DNA of 64,000 nt from an uncultured Gemmatimonadales bacterium (GCA_947259405.1 CAMYLY010000009.1:18020-82019), one strand, 5' to 3'. Shown: positions 18,605 to 27,911, numbered from the stretch's first letter. Numbers and translations: made by a program. Notes: generated by a model from the letters alone, not told the origin.

Positions 18605-18693
18605 CGCTAACAACTTGCTGGAGCGGCCGCAGCCTCAGCGCGCTACCATGTCTGGCGCAGCTCTGCTGCACCGCTCAGCTCCGGCCGTTAGGC
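18605..18693 (+). mobile_element. attC site (89 bp, best preserved)
   Basis: R'' CGCTAAC; L'' GCTGGAGCGG pairs with L' CCGCTCAGC with the single extrahelical G; R' GTTAGGC 18687-18693. Confidence 0.85.
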
Positions 18694-18718
18694 GCCAGCA
18701 CCATCGACGCACCATTGG

Positions 18719-19408
18719 ATGAAGATGTCAGGCATCGGATTGCTGAATGAAAAACCACTGCACGCATCACTGAAGGCGTGGTGCGCACAACCGGGCGATC
18801 GATTTGAAGTGGCCGTTGATGGGTTTGTGATTGATATTGCCCGAGATGGTCTATTGCTAGAAATCCAGACCGGCAGTTTCGCGTCCATCAAGTCGAAGCT
18901 GACAACTCTGGTGCGTTCACATCAGGTACGATTGATATACCCGATAGCGTGCGAGAAATGGATTGTCAAACTGGCAAAGGCTGACGGTAGCGGTGGAGTC
19001 ACACGCCGTAAGTCGCCCAAGCGAGGACGGGAGGAGGATCTGTTCTGGGAAATGGTGAGTTTTCCACGGTTGCTGGCGAACCGCAACTTCTCGATAGCAG
19101 TATTGATGATTCGGGAAGAAGAGGTGAGACGGTATGAAGGGAAGCGGCAATGGCGAAGGAGAGGGTGGGTGACTGAGGAACGCCGGCTGGTGGAGGTCGT
19201 AGATCAGCGGTTGTTTGAGGAGCCGGCAGATTGGCTCGCGTTTCTTCCAGAGGGGCTGGAGTCATTTACGGCGAGCGAGCTGGCGGAAGCGATAGCGGTA
19301 CGGAAAGAACTGGCACAGAAGATAGCATATTGTCTACGAAAAGCAGACGTAATTCAGTTGGTTGGTAAGCAGGGACGAGCCAACCTGTACAGAGTGGCTC
19401 GCGCCTAA
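18719..19408 (+). CDS. Putative PD-(D/E)XK nuclease-fold protein (cassette)
   Basis: EKPLH..LK, FEV..DGFVIDI, LLEIQT; C-terminal wHTH-like FTASELAEAI; TAA stop inside GCCTAAC 19403-19409. Confidence 0.7.
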   Translation: MKMSGIGLLNEKPLHASLKAWCAQPGDRFEVAVDGFVIDIARDGLLLEIQTGSFASIKSKLTTLVRSHQVRLIYPIACEKWIVKLAKADGSGGVTRRKSPKRGREEDLFWEMVSFPRLLANRNFSIAVLMIREEEVRRYEGKRQWRRRGWVTEERRLVEVVDQRLFEEPADWLAFLPEGLESFTASELAEAIAVRKELAQKIAYCLRKADVIQLVGKQGRANLYRVARA

Positions 19409-19571
19409 CACAGTTTTCGGGCTCCTTTGTCAGATGAGTCGGAAGTCGTTCCGGCGGCGGAATGCCGAAGCGCATCAGAGGAGACAGACGTGACGCACTA
19501 CCTCATTTTGGGCACCGTGAAAAGTCACCCTCATGGGACACTTGGTTGGCCACGCACGGTCTGACAGAGCC

Positions 19572-20681
19572 ATGAGACGCACTGCGGCCCCGCTTCTCGC
19601 GGCTGTGGCGGTCGGCGCATCCCACGCTCGTGCCCAGACCACGTTTGTCGAAGCCCGACTGATCACCGAGCTACCGCGCCCGGCCGACGCGGACACGGCG
19701 TTCCTGCAGCATCCCGCAGGGGCAACACGCTTTGCCAACGGCACCATCGCCGTGGCCGACGGCATGGCGCCCACCGTTCGGTTCTTCGATGCGGATGGGA
19801 ACCTCATTCGAACCGCCGGTCGATCGGGTGAGGGCCCCAACGAATTCGTCAACTTGAATTGGCTGGGACAGTGCGGGCATGACACGGCAACGGTGTACGA
19901 TTTCAGCCTGATGCGATTCACCAACCTGGACGCGACCGGCCGTTTTGTCGGGCAGTTCCCGTTGCGCGACCGATTCGACCTCCCCCGGCCGCCAGCCAGG
20001 CTTTCGTGTTCTCGAAGTGGACATCTGGTGGTGCTACTGAGAATCAGTGGCGACCGCATTCGCGGCCGCGAGGTCAGCATCATGACGGCGCCCTTGTTCT
20101 TACTCCCATTGATTGGGGACGCTACGCCCATACTCGAGGCAACACCCATCATCGAGTGGATCAACGAGGAGGCAACGTACCGACCTGTCTCGTTCACGAC
20201 CGCGTTCGCCGTCTCGGACTCGTTGGTGTATGTCTCACGCACGGACTCGGCCGTGGTACGGACGTACGATTTTGCGGGGGATCTCGCGTCGACGATGACC
20301 CTGGATCTGAAGCGGCGCACGCCCAGCGACCTCCACGTGCGCCGCAATGCCGAGGAGCTGACGGCCTTTCTGACGAATCTCGACGGACGCAATCAGATCA
20401 TCGAGCGCTACATGGGGATGGACCGTCCCGAATACCTACCGTATCACAATGGACTCCACCTCGATCGCGTCGGGCGGCTCTGGGTGGTCCTGTCATTCCC
20501 TGGCGACTCGATGACCGTTCTCAGGGCGTTCGACGGTCGGGGCGTGGCCATTGGTGAAGTCAGAGTGCCTGCCGATATTCGAGTGCTCGAAGTGGGCGAG
20601 GATTATGTTCTTGGAGCTCTCTTGGACGCACGCACGCTGGAACCGAGAGTAGCGCTGTACGGCTTCCAGCTGGACAACTGA
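19572..20681 (+). CDS. Secreted 6-bladed beta-propeller protein
   Basis: Signal peptide, GRSGEGPNEF motif, LDRVGRLWV, VLEVGEDYVLG. Confidence 0.8.
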   Translation: MRRTAAPLLAAVAVGASHARAQTTFVEARLITELPRPADADTAFLQHPAGATRFANGTIAVADGMAPTVRFFDADGNLIRTAGRSGEGPNEFVNLNWLGQCGHDTATVYDFSLMRFTNLDATGRFVGQFPLRDRFDLPRPPARLSCSRSGHLVVLLRISGDRIRGREVSIMTAPLFLLPLIGDATPILEATPIIEWINEEATYRPVSFTTAFAVSDSLVYVSRTDSAVVRTYDFAGDLASTMTLDLKRRTPSDLHVRRNAEELTAFLTNLDGRNQIIERYMGMDRPEYLPYHNGLHLDRVGRLWVVLSFPGDSMTVLRAFDGRGVAIGEVRVPADIRVLEVGEDYVLGALLDARTLEPRVALYGFQLDN

Positions 20682-20711
20682 TTCCCGACCTCTCCATTCG
20701 AGGGAACGATC

Positions 20712-21167
20712 GTGGGCCAACGCCTTTGGATTCGAGTGGGAATCGCGATTGCCATTCTCACACCGCTGACGAGTTGCGACTCCGGATCTGAGGAACCGGG
20801 TCCCGACCCCGGTGCGGAAGAGTCTCCGGCTCAGATCACCGTTTACCTCTCGGATGAGCAGGGCATCCAGATCGACTGCGCCGCTGTGCGGGCCGAGTCG
20901 TGGACGCTGCCTGAGCCACGACCCGATGACGTTCCCTCGGCGGCCGTTCGCCGAATAATCCGAGACGTACACCCGTCCCCGACCTTGCACGATCCGGGCA
21001 CGCGACCTTTGATCGAGTACTTCCGCGGTGTGAGAATAGAGCGCGGTACGGCAATTGTGGCCTTCGAGGGAAAGGCGCTCGAGTACCTGAACGCCGCTGC
21101 GTGCATGCACGTGAACGACGTCTTGTGGGAGATCGATGGAAAGATCTTCACCGAGTGGGACGCATAG
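20712..21167 (+). CDS. GerMN-like lipoprotein, possibly internally deleted
   Basis: Lipobox LTSC; GVRIERGTAIVAF and VNDVLWEIDGK flank a shortened helix region. Confidence 0.55.
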   Translation: MGQRLWIRVGIAIAILTPLTSCDSGSEEPGPDPGAEESPAQITVYLSDEQGIQIDCAAVRAESWTLPEPRPDDVPSAAVRRIIRDVHPSPTLHDPGTRPLIEYFRGVRIERGTAIVAFEGKALEYLNAAACMHVNDVLWEIDGKIFTEWDA

Positions 21168-21172
21168 GAGAT

Positions 21173-21616
21173 ATGGAACTCTTCCTGGTGCAACACGGTC
21201 ACGCCATGGCCAAAGCCCAGGATCCCGATCGGCCGCTCACCCCGGAGGGTGCGGAGACCGTCCGACGGATGGCGCGCTGGGCCCGCGATGCCGGCCTCAC
21301 TGTCGCGGCCATCCACCACAGTGGGAAGCTCCGGGCCGAACAGACGGCCCAACTGTTGGCCGACGAACTGACGCCCAGCCAAGGCGTAAGCATCCGACCC
21401 GGACTCGCACCGAATGATGACGTTGCGCCCGTGGCTCGCGGCGCCGACGAGCTGGCGGGATCAATGGTAGTCGGGCACCTGCCGTTTCTGAGCCGTTTGA
21501 CCGCACTCCTTGTCGCCGGAGATCCGGAAACCATTGTCGTTCGATTCCGGAATGCGGGAATCATCTGTCTCGGGAAGGAGAACGGCGACTGGTCCGTCAG
21601 CTGGGTCATGCGGTAG
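21173..21616 (+). CDS. sixA: Phosphohistidine phosphatase SixA
   Basis: LVQHGHA, DRPLT, HSGKLRAEQTA, VVGHLPFL. Confidence 0.85.
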   Translation: MELFLVQHGHAMAKAQDPDRPLTPEGAETVRRMARWARDAGLTVAAIHHSGKLRAEQTAQLLADELTPSQGVSIRPGLAPNDDVAPVARGADELAGSMVVGHLPFLSRLTALLVAGDPETIVVRFRNAGIICLGKENGDWSVSWVMR

Positions 21617-21621
21617 CGGCT

Positions 21622-22182
21622 GTGGTGGCCGTGCTCCATGAGTCATTTTTCGATTACCCCGTCATGCGATTCGTGCTCGGTGCTGACGCTCCAGATTACG
21701 ACAATCAGTTGGCCACGCTCATCAATCTCTTCGTCATGGCGCGCGTGCTGCGACAGGAAACCCTGCTTGGAGTCGGCGACGCAGGGCACCTGCAAGGTGC
21801 CGCGGTCGTTTCACGACCTGACGGGGTGAGCCCACCGGAACTCGGGCGATTTCGTGAACGCGTTTGGGAGGAGCTTGGAGATGCGGCCCGCGAGAGGTAC
21901 GAGGCGTTCGGCGCAGCGTGGGCGCCGTTTCAAGTAGACGCCCCGCACATCCACCTCAACATGATCGGTGTGCGACGCACCGCACAAGGCACAGGGGTGG
22001 GCCGCATATTGATCGATCACGTTCATCTTATGTCTCGAGTGGATCCGCAGTCGGAAGGTGTCACCCTAACAACCGAGGATGCGGCCAATCTGCCTCTCTA
22101 CGAGCATCTCGGCTACGAACTCGTAGGCCAGGCGACCGTGGCTCCGGGATTGACGACGTGGGCGTTCTACAGACCGGACTGA
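21622..22182 (+). CDS. GNAT N-acetyltransferase (5' end possibly truncated)
   Basis: IGVRRTAQGTGVG acetyl-CoA motif, NLPLYEHLGY. Confidence 0.8.
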   Translation: MVAVLHESFFDYPVMRFVLGADAPDYDNQLATLINLFVMARVLRQETLLGVGDAGHLQGAAVVSRPDGVSPPELGRFRERVWEELGDAARERYEAFGAAWAPFQVDAPHIHLNMIGVRRTAQGTGVGRILIDHVHLMSRVDPQSEGVTLTTEDAANLPLYEHLGYELVGQATVAPGLTTWAFYRPD

Positions 22183-22256
22183 CAAGGTCTGGATACCCGT
22201 CGTACGGCCTCAACGCCGACAAAGACCGAGAGCTACTGTCGCCGAGTTGATCGGCG

Positions 22257-22877
22257 TTGCAGCAAGAGGAGAAAGGACCCGTGAGCTTTCACTTTACACA
22301 GACCGCGCGTAGCCCCAGAACAATCCGCGCGATCGCCCTGTCGGTGTCTCTCGTGGCGCTAGGGTGCGCGGAGGAGGAGCGTATCATTCGGCCAGCGACG
22401 GGTGATTCCATCATCGTGGCAGTCATCACACCGGCCGGAGCCGTCGTGGAATTCCCGGGGGTGGCGCAGCTCCGCTTTAGTAGCGGGTCTTTCACGAGTC
22501 CGGAGACGGTAACGGTGTGGCTCAGCGGTCTGCCGGCTACGGACAAAGGACTCGAGTACTACAGACTCGGGCGCGGCGGCAGCCCCCCATACCTTCCGAG
22601 GGACATGGCGGTCCGAGGAACGACGCAGCCGCGTCTGGAGCTCGAAGTCATGTTCATGTCAGCTGCGTCCCTGGATTGTACTCACGCTAACGCCATCCCA
22701 CACATCTTCCGAGCATTCATCGGCGGCGGGTCGATGGAGGCGCTCGGCATGTACCAAGCGCTTCCTTCGATCGTTGACGCAAAGGGGCAGGCGATCCATG
22801 CCCCGGTGATTGCGCCGCCGATCGAGCAGGACACGTTGCTCGATGAGGTGTTCCATGTTGGTTGCTTCACACCGTAG
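22257..22877 (+). CDS. Hypothetical lipoprotein
   Basis: Lipobox ALGC; start uncertain. Confidence 0.55.
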   Translation: MQQEEKGPVSFHFTQTARSPRTIRAIALSVSLVALGCAEEERIIRPATGDSIIVAVITPAGAVVEFPGVAQLRFSSGSFTSPETVTVWLSGLPATDKGLEYYRLGRGGSPPYLPRDMAVRGTTQPRLELEVMFMSAASLDCTHANAIPHIFRAFIGGGSMEALGMYQALPSIVDAKGQAIHAPVIAPPIEQDTLLDEVFHVGCFTP

Positions 22878-22878
22878 T

Positions 22879-22959
22879 GATAGCTGGGTCGTCGGCGACG
22901 AACCCTACGTCTCGCTGCATTTCACTGGTGCCTCCAAGTACGCCAAGGCGGACGCGTGA
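22879..22959 (+). pseudogene. C-terminal cupin gene fragment
   Basis: DSWVVGDEPYVSLHFTGASKYAK* resembles the end of a conserved cupin family. Confidence 0.65.
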
Positions 22960-23094
22960 CGCGGGGCATTCGCATCTAGGCCGGCACCGAGATGGGCCGC
23001 ATGGGAGGGCCCAACTACCCAATCGCTCGCATTTCTGACAAGGAAGTTGCTAGTTTGGGTGGCGCGTTTGACAAGGAACTCGGCGGAGCCGAGC

Positions 23095-24372
23095 ATGAGC
23101 CCATCAGAAACGAGCCCAACCGCGATTGACGAGATCGAGGCCGCCGTACGGTCGGCCCTCGACGACGAGTATCGGATCGAACGACTACTCGGACGCGGCG
23201 GCATGTCAGTCGTCTTCCTTGCCCAAGAAAAAGCGCTCAAACGGCCGGTGGCCCTCAAGGTCTTTCCCCTGTCGCTCGCCCTGGAGAAATTGGCCGCCGA
23301 TCGGTTCCAGCAAGAGGCGCGGATCGCAGCGTCATTGGACCATCCGCACATCGGGCCAATCCACCGCTACGGCACCGAGAGCAGCTTCCTGTGGTACACG
23401 ATGAAGTACATCCAGGGGAGTTCCCTGAAGGAGACGCTCCGTGGCCTTGGGCGCCTGGGCCTGCACAGCGTGCTCAGTCTCGCTGAGCAAACCGCGAGCG
23501 CGCTTTACCACGCCCACGAGCGCGGCATCGTGCATCGCGATATGAAGCCAGCCAACGTGATGCTGGACGAGAACAACTGGGCGTACGTGTGTGATTTCGG
23601 CGTCGCAAAGACAACTGACACCAAGCTGACGCAAACTGGTGGCACCATAGGGACACCGGCCTACATGTCGCCCGAACAACTCTACGGCCGACCGCTCGAC
23701 GGTCGATCGGATCAGTATTCGCTTGCCGTGATGGTGTTCGAGTTGCTGTCCGGCCGGCATCCGTTCGAAGCCGACTCGGTGGCAGACATTATTCAAATGC
23801 ATTGTACGGCGCCGCCACCGCTCCTATCCGAGTTCCGGGCGGACTTGCCTGACCGCGCGGTGCAGGGCATTGCCCGCGCAATGAGCAAAGATCCAGACGA
23901 CCGGTTCGACTCGGTGCTCACCTTTCTCACATCGATCGGTGGGCGGCGACCGCCGCAGGCGCCGGAGGCGCGCGTCTCCACGCACGATACGGAGGCCGTC
24001 ACCGAGCGGCTGGACTCCCTGCCTGCACCAGTGCCTCAGCGCACGCGGAAGTACTGGCCCTTTGCTGCCAGTGCTACTGGAGGGGCGCTTCTGACCTGGG
24101 CCGTCCTCTCCTTCGCGGGGATCGGGCCGACACCCCAACCCGTCGCACCGGTCGAGCCTGGGCACCTCTGGGTCAGCGCTGACCCATGGGGTGAGTTGTA
24201 TATTGACGGGACCTACGCTGGTAATACCCCAGCACTCAATCTGCCGCTGGGGGCCGGCGAGCATGTCCTGCGCATCCAACGCGAGGGGTACGCACCGTTC
24301 GAGCGTCGCATCGAGTTGATTCCAGGCGAGGAAATGCGGCTGACGGGCATTGTGCTCGAACCCTTGCCGTGA
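23095..24372 (+). CDS. Membrane Ser/Thr protein kinase with PEGA domain
   Basis: LGRGGMS, VALK, HRDMKPAN, DFG, GTPAYMSPE; TM helix; C-terminal PEGA. Confidence 0.92.
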   Translation: MSPSETSPTAIDEIEAAVRSALDDEYRIERLLGRGGMSVVFLAQEKALKRPVALKVFPLSLALEKLAADRFQQEARIAASLDHPHIGPIHRYGTESSFLWYTMKYIQGSSLKETLRGLGRLGLHSVLSLAEQTASALYHAHERGIVHRDMKPANVMLDENNWAYVCDFGVAKTTDTKLTQTGGTIGTPAYMSPEQLYGRPLDGRSDQYSLAVMVFELLSGRHPFEADSVADIIQMHCTAPPPLLSEFRADLPDRAVQGIARAMSKDPDDRFDSVLTFLTSIGGRRPPQAPEARVSTHDTEAVTERLDSLPAPVPQRTRKYWPFAASATGGALLTWAVLSFAGIGPTPQPVAPVEPGHLWVSADPWGELYIDGTYAGNTPALNLPLGAGEHVLRIQREGYAPFERRIELIPGEEMRLTGIVLEPLP

Positions 24373-25385
24373 TCCGACAAGCGCTCGTCGCCGTCGCCGT
24401 CGTGGTCTCGTTGAACACACCGGCGACGGCGCAGACCGCCCGGGAGCTACTCGATGGCGGTCTCACGGCGTATCGCGCGCTCGAAATGGAAGCGGCCGCC
24501 CGATTCTTCCGCCGGGCGCTCGAGTCCCTCGACCTGTCCGAAGCCGAGGTGCCTTCAACCCTCGCATATCTTGGCGCGGCTGAGCACTTCCGGAACAGAC
24601 AAAACCCATCCCGTGAGGCGTTCCAACGCCTCGTGTATCTCGACCCGCGCTATCGCCTCGATCCACTCACCTTCCCGCCGGATGTCACAAGGGCCTTCGA
24701 TGCCGTGCGACTCGCGACCTTGGCGGTGGCCGTCGAGGCACCGCAACGGGTTTCGTTCGAACCGGGTCGTGGTGGGCTCACCGCTCGCGTGTACCCGAGC
24801 GGACCGCATGTCGTGCGAATCCGGATCGAAGACTCAGACGGAAACGTCGTCAGAGCGCTGCACGACGACGAGGTCGCAGACAGCCTGGCGATCACATGGG
24901 ACGGCACGGGAGACGACGGGGCAACGCTCGAGAGCGCACTGTATGTCATGAGCTTTGCATCCACCGATCGGGGGGGGAGGATTAGGAGGACCCTCGACGT
25001 TCCGGTACGCCTGGGCCGCACCACCGTGGACGGGCAGCCACTCCCACCCCGCCCCGCCCTGCTCCCCGAGACCGCCACCGCCGGACCCGCGTTGGTTCGC
25101 CTAGGACTTGGGCTCGGCGCGGCAGCGTTGTCCTGGGTCGTGACACCGGCATTCACCGACAACGACACGCCGCGCGTCGCCCTGACGGTGGGATTCTCCG
25201 CTGCCGGCATCATCGGCTTCATCGACAAGCGCCCCGGTAAACCGCTGACAGACAATATCGAAGCCAACCGAGCGACCCTCGCCGCCTGGGAAGCCCAGGT
25301 TCAGCGGGTCAACGCAAACAATCGAGGGCGCCGTCCTGGAATTCGCATCGTGCTCGAAACAGGTCGGCCCAGTATCCGCGGCTAG
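24369..25385 (+). CDS. Secreted TPR plus FlgD-Ig-like protein with C-terminal hydrophobic hairpin
   Basis: Signal peptide, TPR-like helices, ITWDGTGDDGATLESALY FlgD motif; GTGA overlap with the kinase. Confidence 0.7.
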   Translation: MIRQALVAVAVVVSLNTPATAQTARELLDGGLTAYRALEMEAAARFFRRALESLDLSEAEVPSTLAYLGAAEHFRNRQNPSREAFQRLVYLDPRYRLDPLTFPPDVTRAFDAVRLATLAVAVEAPQRVSFEPGRGGLTARVYPSGPHVVRIRIEDSDGNVVRALHDDEVADSLAITWDGTGDDGATLESALYVMSFASTDRGGRIRRTLDVPVRLGRTTVDGQPLPPRPALLPETATAGPALVRLGLGLGAAALSWVVTPAFTDNDTPRVALTVGFSAAGIIGFIDKRPGKPLTDNIEANRATLAAWEAQVQRVNANNRGRRPGIRIVLETGRPSIRG

Positions 25386-25423
25386 CGTTGCGCGTTCGCC
25401 TTGGAGCACACGAGGTACATCCC

Positions 25424-26197
25424 ATGACGTCCCGTCCGAAGTTCCCGTATACGATGATCGGCTGCGCGATTCTGGTCGTCGGCTGTACCGATCGATCGGA
25501 GACGCAAGAGGGACCCTCACAGGAACCAGAGTACCTCGGCGTGCCAGCCTGGATCGGCTTGTACACGACCGAGCAGCTCGGCTGGCTGGAAAACGAGAAC
25601 CGGCTGACGCAAATCTGTGGTGCGCGTGACGCCACTCCCAACGACGAGTGGACACGCTGCGCCAATGAGGCTCGCCAACCGAAGACTCACACAGTCCCCG
25701 TCTACGACGGCCCGTCCGCGGACGCACCACGCCTCGGTGAGATCGAGACCGTCGCCACCCCGGGGCAGGGATTGACCGTGAGCTATCGCCCCAGTGAAAG
25801 GGAACCCATTCCCTTCACGCCGGATCTCTATCTGCAGGACTGGGGGTACGGCCCCTACTTTCACCTGAGCGTTCTCACAAAGGACGAGAACTGGGTCATG
25901 CTGCCGGCGGACCCGTTTGCCCGACCGGTGTGGATGGACGTGAGCACACTGCACGAATACGCGTTCCTAGAGCCCTATCTCGAACAAATCGTCACCACCG
26001 GTGACGGTGACTGGGTCATTCTCGGCTTCGAGCACGACGGTGTGTGGCTCCGGCCGGAACAGCCGGCCGACATGTGGTGCGGCGGCGGCGATCCTCCACC
26101 CCTCCAGCCGACAGATTCCGTGTTTTGGTCTGGGGAAGACCTCCGTGATGAGCGTGATCATCTGACCATCCGGCCAAAATACATGAAAGGCTGTTGA
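25424..26197 (+). CDS. Hypothetical lipoprotein
   Basis: Lipobox VVGC, conserved-looking DWGYGPYFH, DMWC and terminal KGC. Confidence 0.7.
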   Translation: MTSRPKFPYTMIGCAILVVGCTDRSETQEGPSQEPEYLGVPAWIGLYTTEQLGWLENENRLTQICGARDATPNDEWTRCANEARQPKTHTVPVYDGPSADAPRLGEIETVATPGQGLTVSYRPSEREPIPFTPDLYLQDWGYGPYFHLSVLTKDENWVMLPADPFARPVWMDVSTLHEYAFLEPYLEQIVTTGDGDWVILGFEHDGVWLRPEQPADMWCGGGDPPPLQPTDSVFWSGEDLRDERDHLTIRPKYMKGC

Positions 26198-26199
26198 GC

Positions 26200-26233
26200 G
26201 TAGGGAAGAAATTGCCGGCCCTCCCCGTCTAAT
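26200..26233 (+). promoter_or_regulatory. ECF-type promoter upstream of the ECF sigma gene
   Basis: GTAGGGAAGAAATT-N12-CGTCTAAT, repeated at 28403. Confidence 0.75.
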
Positions 26234-26242
26234 CTTTCAGAA

Positions 26243-26827
26243 ATGGGAATCCCACTCGTGGCGCAGCCGGAATCCGACGCAGTCGCGCTCGAGGGTTGCC
26301 GCCAAGGTGATCCCGAAGCGCAGCGTCGTGTGTTCGAGCGCTACAAGGACCGCGTGTTCTCGATCGCTCTGAACTACCTGAAGGGCGACGAGCAGGCCGC
26401 ACAAGATGTCACGCAGGAGGTCTTCGTGAAGGTGTTTCGGGCTGCCCGGTCGTTTCGAGAAGACGCCAGGGTATCCACCTGGCTCTATCGAATCGTCGCC
26501 AACACCTGCATGGACGAGTTGCGACGGGGTCGGCGACTTGTGCTGTTTGGCGACGTTCCGTCGAGCATGCATCCGCGCGTCGCGCCGACCGAACCAGCCG
26601 AACCGAATCGCGAACTCAGCGAGGCGCTGGGACGGCTGTCCCCCAAACTGCGGATGGCAGTGCTGCTGCGGTATTTCGACGACCTCTCCTACGACGAGAT
26701 CGCGGAGGCGCTCGGCGTGTCTGCCGGAACGGTGGCCTCGCGTCTGAACCGCGCACACAAATTCCTGGCCCGCGAGCTGGCCCATCTAGCGCCGGCCCAC
26801 GTGACCGCACGAGGAGAAATCGCATGA
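26243..26827 (+). CDS. ECF RNA polymerase sigma factor
   Basis: AQDVTQEVF, STWLYRIVAN (region 2); LSYDEIAEALGVSAGTVASRLNRA (region 4). Confidence 0.95.
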   Translation: MGIPLVAQPESDAVALEGCRQGDPEAQRRVFERYKDRVFSIALNYLKGDEQAAQDVTQEVFVKVFRAARSFREDARVSTWLYRIVANTCMDELRRGRRLVLFGDVPSSMHPRVAPTEPAEPNRELSEALGRLSPKLRMAVLLRYFDDLSYDEIAEALGVSAGTVASRLNRAHKFLARELAHLAPAHVTARGEIA

Positions 26828-27882
26828 AGCCCGAGCTCGAACCCGAACACGTCGAACGGCTCCTGCGACAACTGCCTGTCGCGGAAGCACCCGATGCGCT
26901 TTGGGTCGACATTCGATCGAAACTCGACCGACCGGTGGCCAAATCCGTGACACCGTTCAAACGCCCCGTCCGGTCGCCGGTACTCGCTGCGGCGGCGGTC
27001 GTTCTTGCAGTGGTGGGAGGCACGTACATCGGAGTCCTCCGCGCCTACGGCGCCCCCAACGAATGGCAGGTCCTTCCTCTCACCGGGGTCCCGACCGTCG
27101 CTGGCGCGACACTCACGCAGACAAGCGACCTCGCGACGGGCGAGTGGTTGATCACCGACTCGGTCTCCTCCGCCCAGCTTGCCGTCGGTCGTATTGGCAC
27201 GGCGGAGATTGGACCCAACAGCAGGGTGCGGTTGGATCGGGGAGGGCGCACGCAGCACCGACTGTCCCTCCAAGAGGGGTCGCTGGATGCGGTGATCGAC
27301 GCCCCGCCCCGGCTCTTCTTCGTGGAGACTCCTACCGCCCTCGCGACCGACCTGGGATGCGCCTACACCATGGAGGTCGACAGTACGGGCGCATCTCGGA
27401 TTCATGTCACGGCGGGTTGGGTTGAGTTGCGACAAGGCGAGCGGGTATCGCTGGTTGCCGCCGGACTCAAGGCCGAGGTCGACACTGGCACCGGACCTGG
27501 GACACCCTATCCCGAAGCATTCTCGATCGAGGCCCGCGAGGCGCTCGAGAGACTGGATCGCGGCGGGGGCGGCATGGCCGAACTCGAGACCGTTCTTGCG
27601 GCGCTCTACCCAGCCACGGGCTTCGTGACCGCACGCCAACCGAGCGCGATTACGATGTGGCACCTCATCCAGCGGTTGGATGGGGATCTCCGAGCGGCCG
27701 TGTATGACCGACTGGCCGCACTCTCCCCTCCACCGGCTAGGGTGAGCAGGGAAGGCATTCTGGCCCTTGAACGTCCTATGCTCGAACGTTGGCGACGGGA
27801 CCTGAACCCCATGTGGTCCGAAGAGACGCTGCCATTGGTGGTGCGTGCCGCCCGCCGGTTCTGGGAATGGGCCGTTCGTTGA
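26824..27882 (+). CDS. Membrane anti-sigma factor with FecR-like domain
   Basis: ATGA overlap with sigma; TM helix; FFVETPTALATDLGCAY and VTAGWVEL FecR motifs. Confidence 0.85.
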   Translation: MKPELEPEHVERLLRQLPVAEAPDALWVDIRSKLDRPVAKSVTPFKRPVRSPVLAAAAVVLAVVGGTYIGVLRAYGAPNEWQVLPLTGVPTVAGATLTQTSDLATGEWLITDSVSSAQLAVGRIGTAEIGPNSRVRLDRGGRTQHRLSLQEGSLDAVIDAPPRLFFVETPTALATDLGCAYTMEVDSTGASRIHVTAGWVELRQGERVSLVAAGLKAEVDTGTGPGTPYPEAFSIEAREALERLDRGGGGMAELETVLAALYPATGFVTARQPSAITMWHLIQRLDGDLRAAVYDRLAALSPPPARVSREGILALERPMLERWRRDLNPMWSEETLPLVVRAARRFWEWAVR

Positions 27883-27911
27883 ATGGAAGGCAAAGCGGTG
27901 AACCGGCGACC

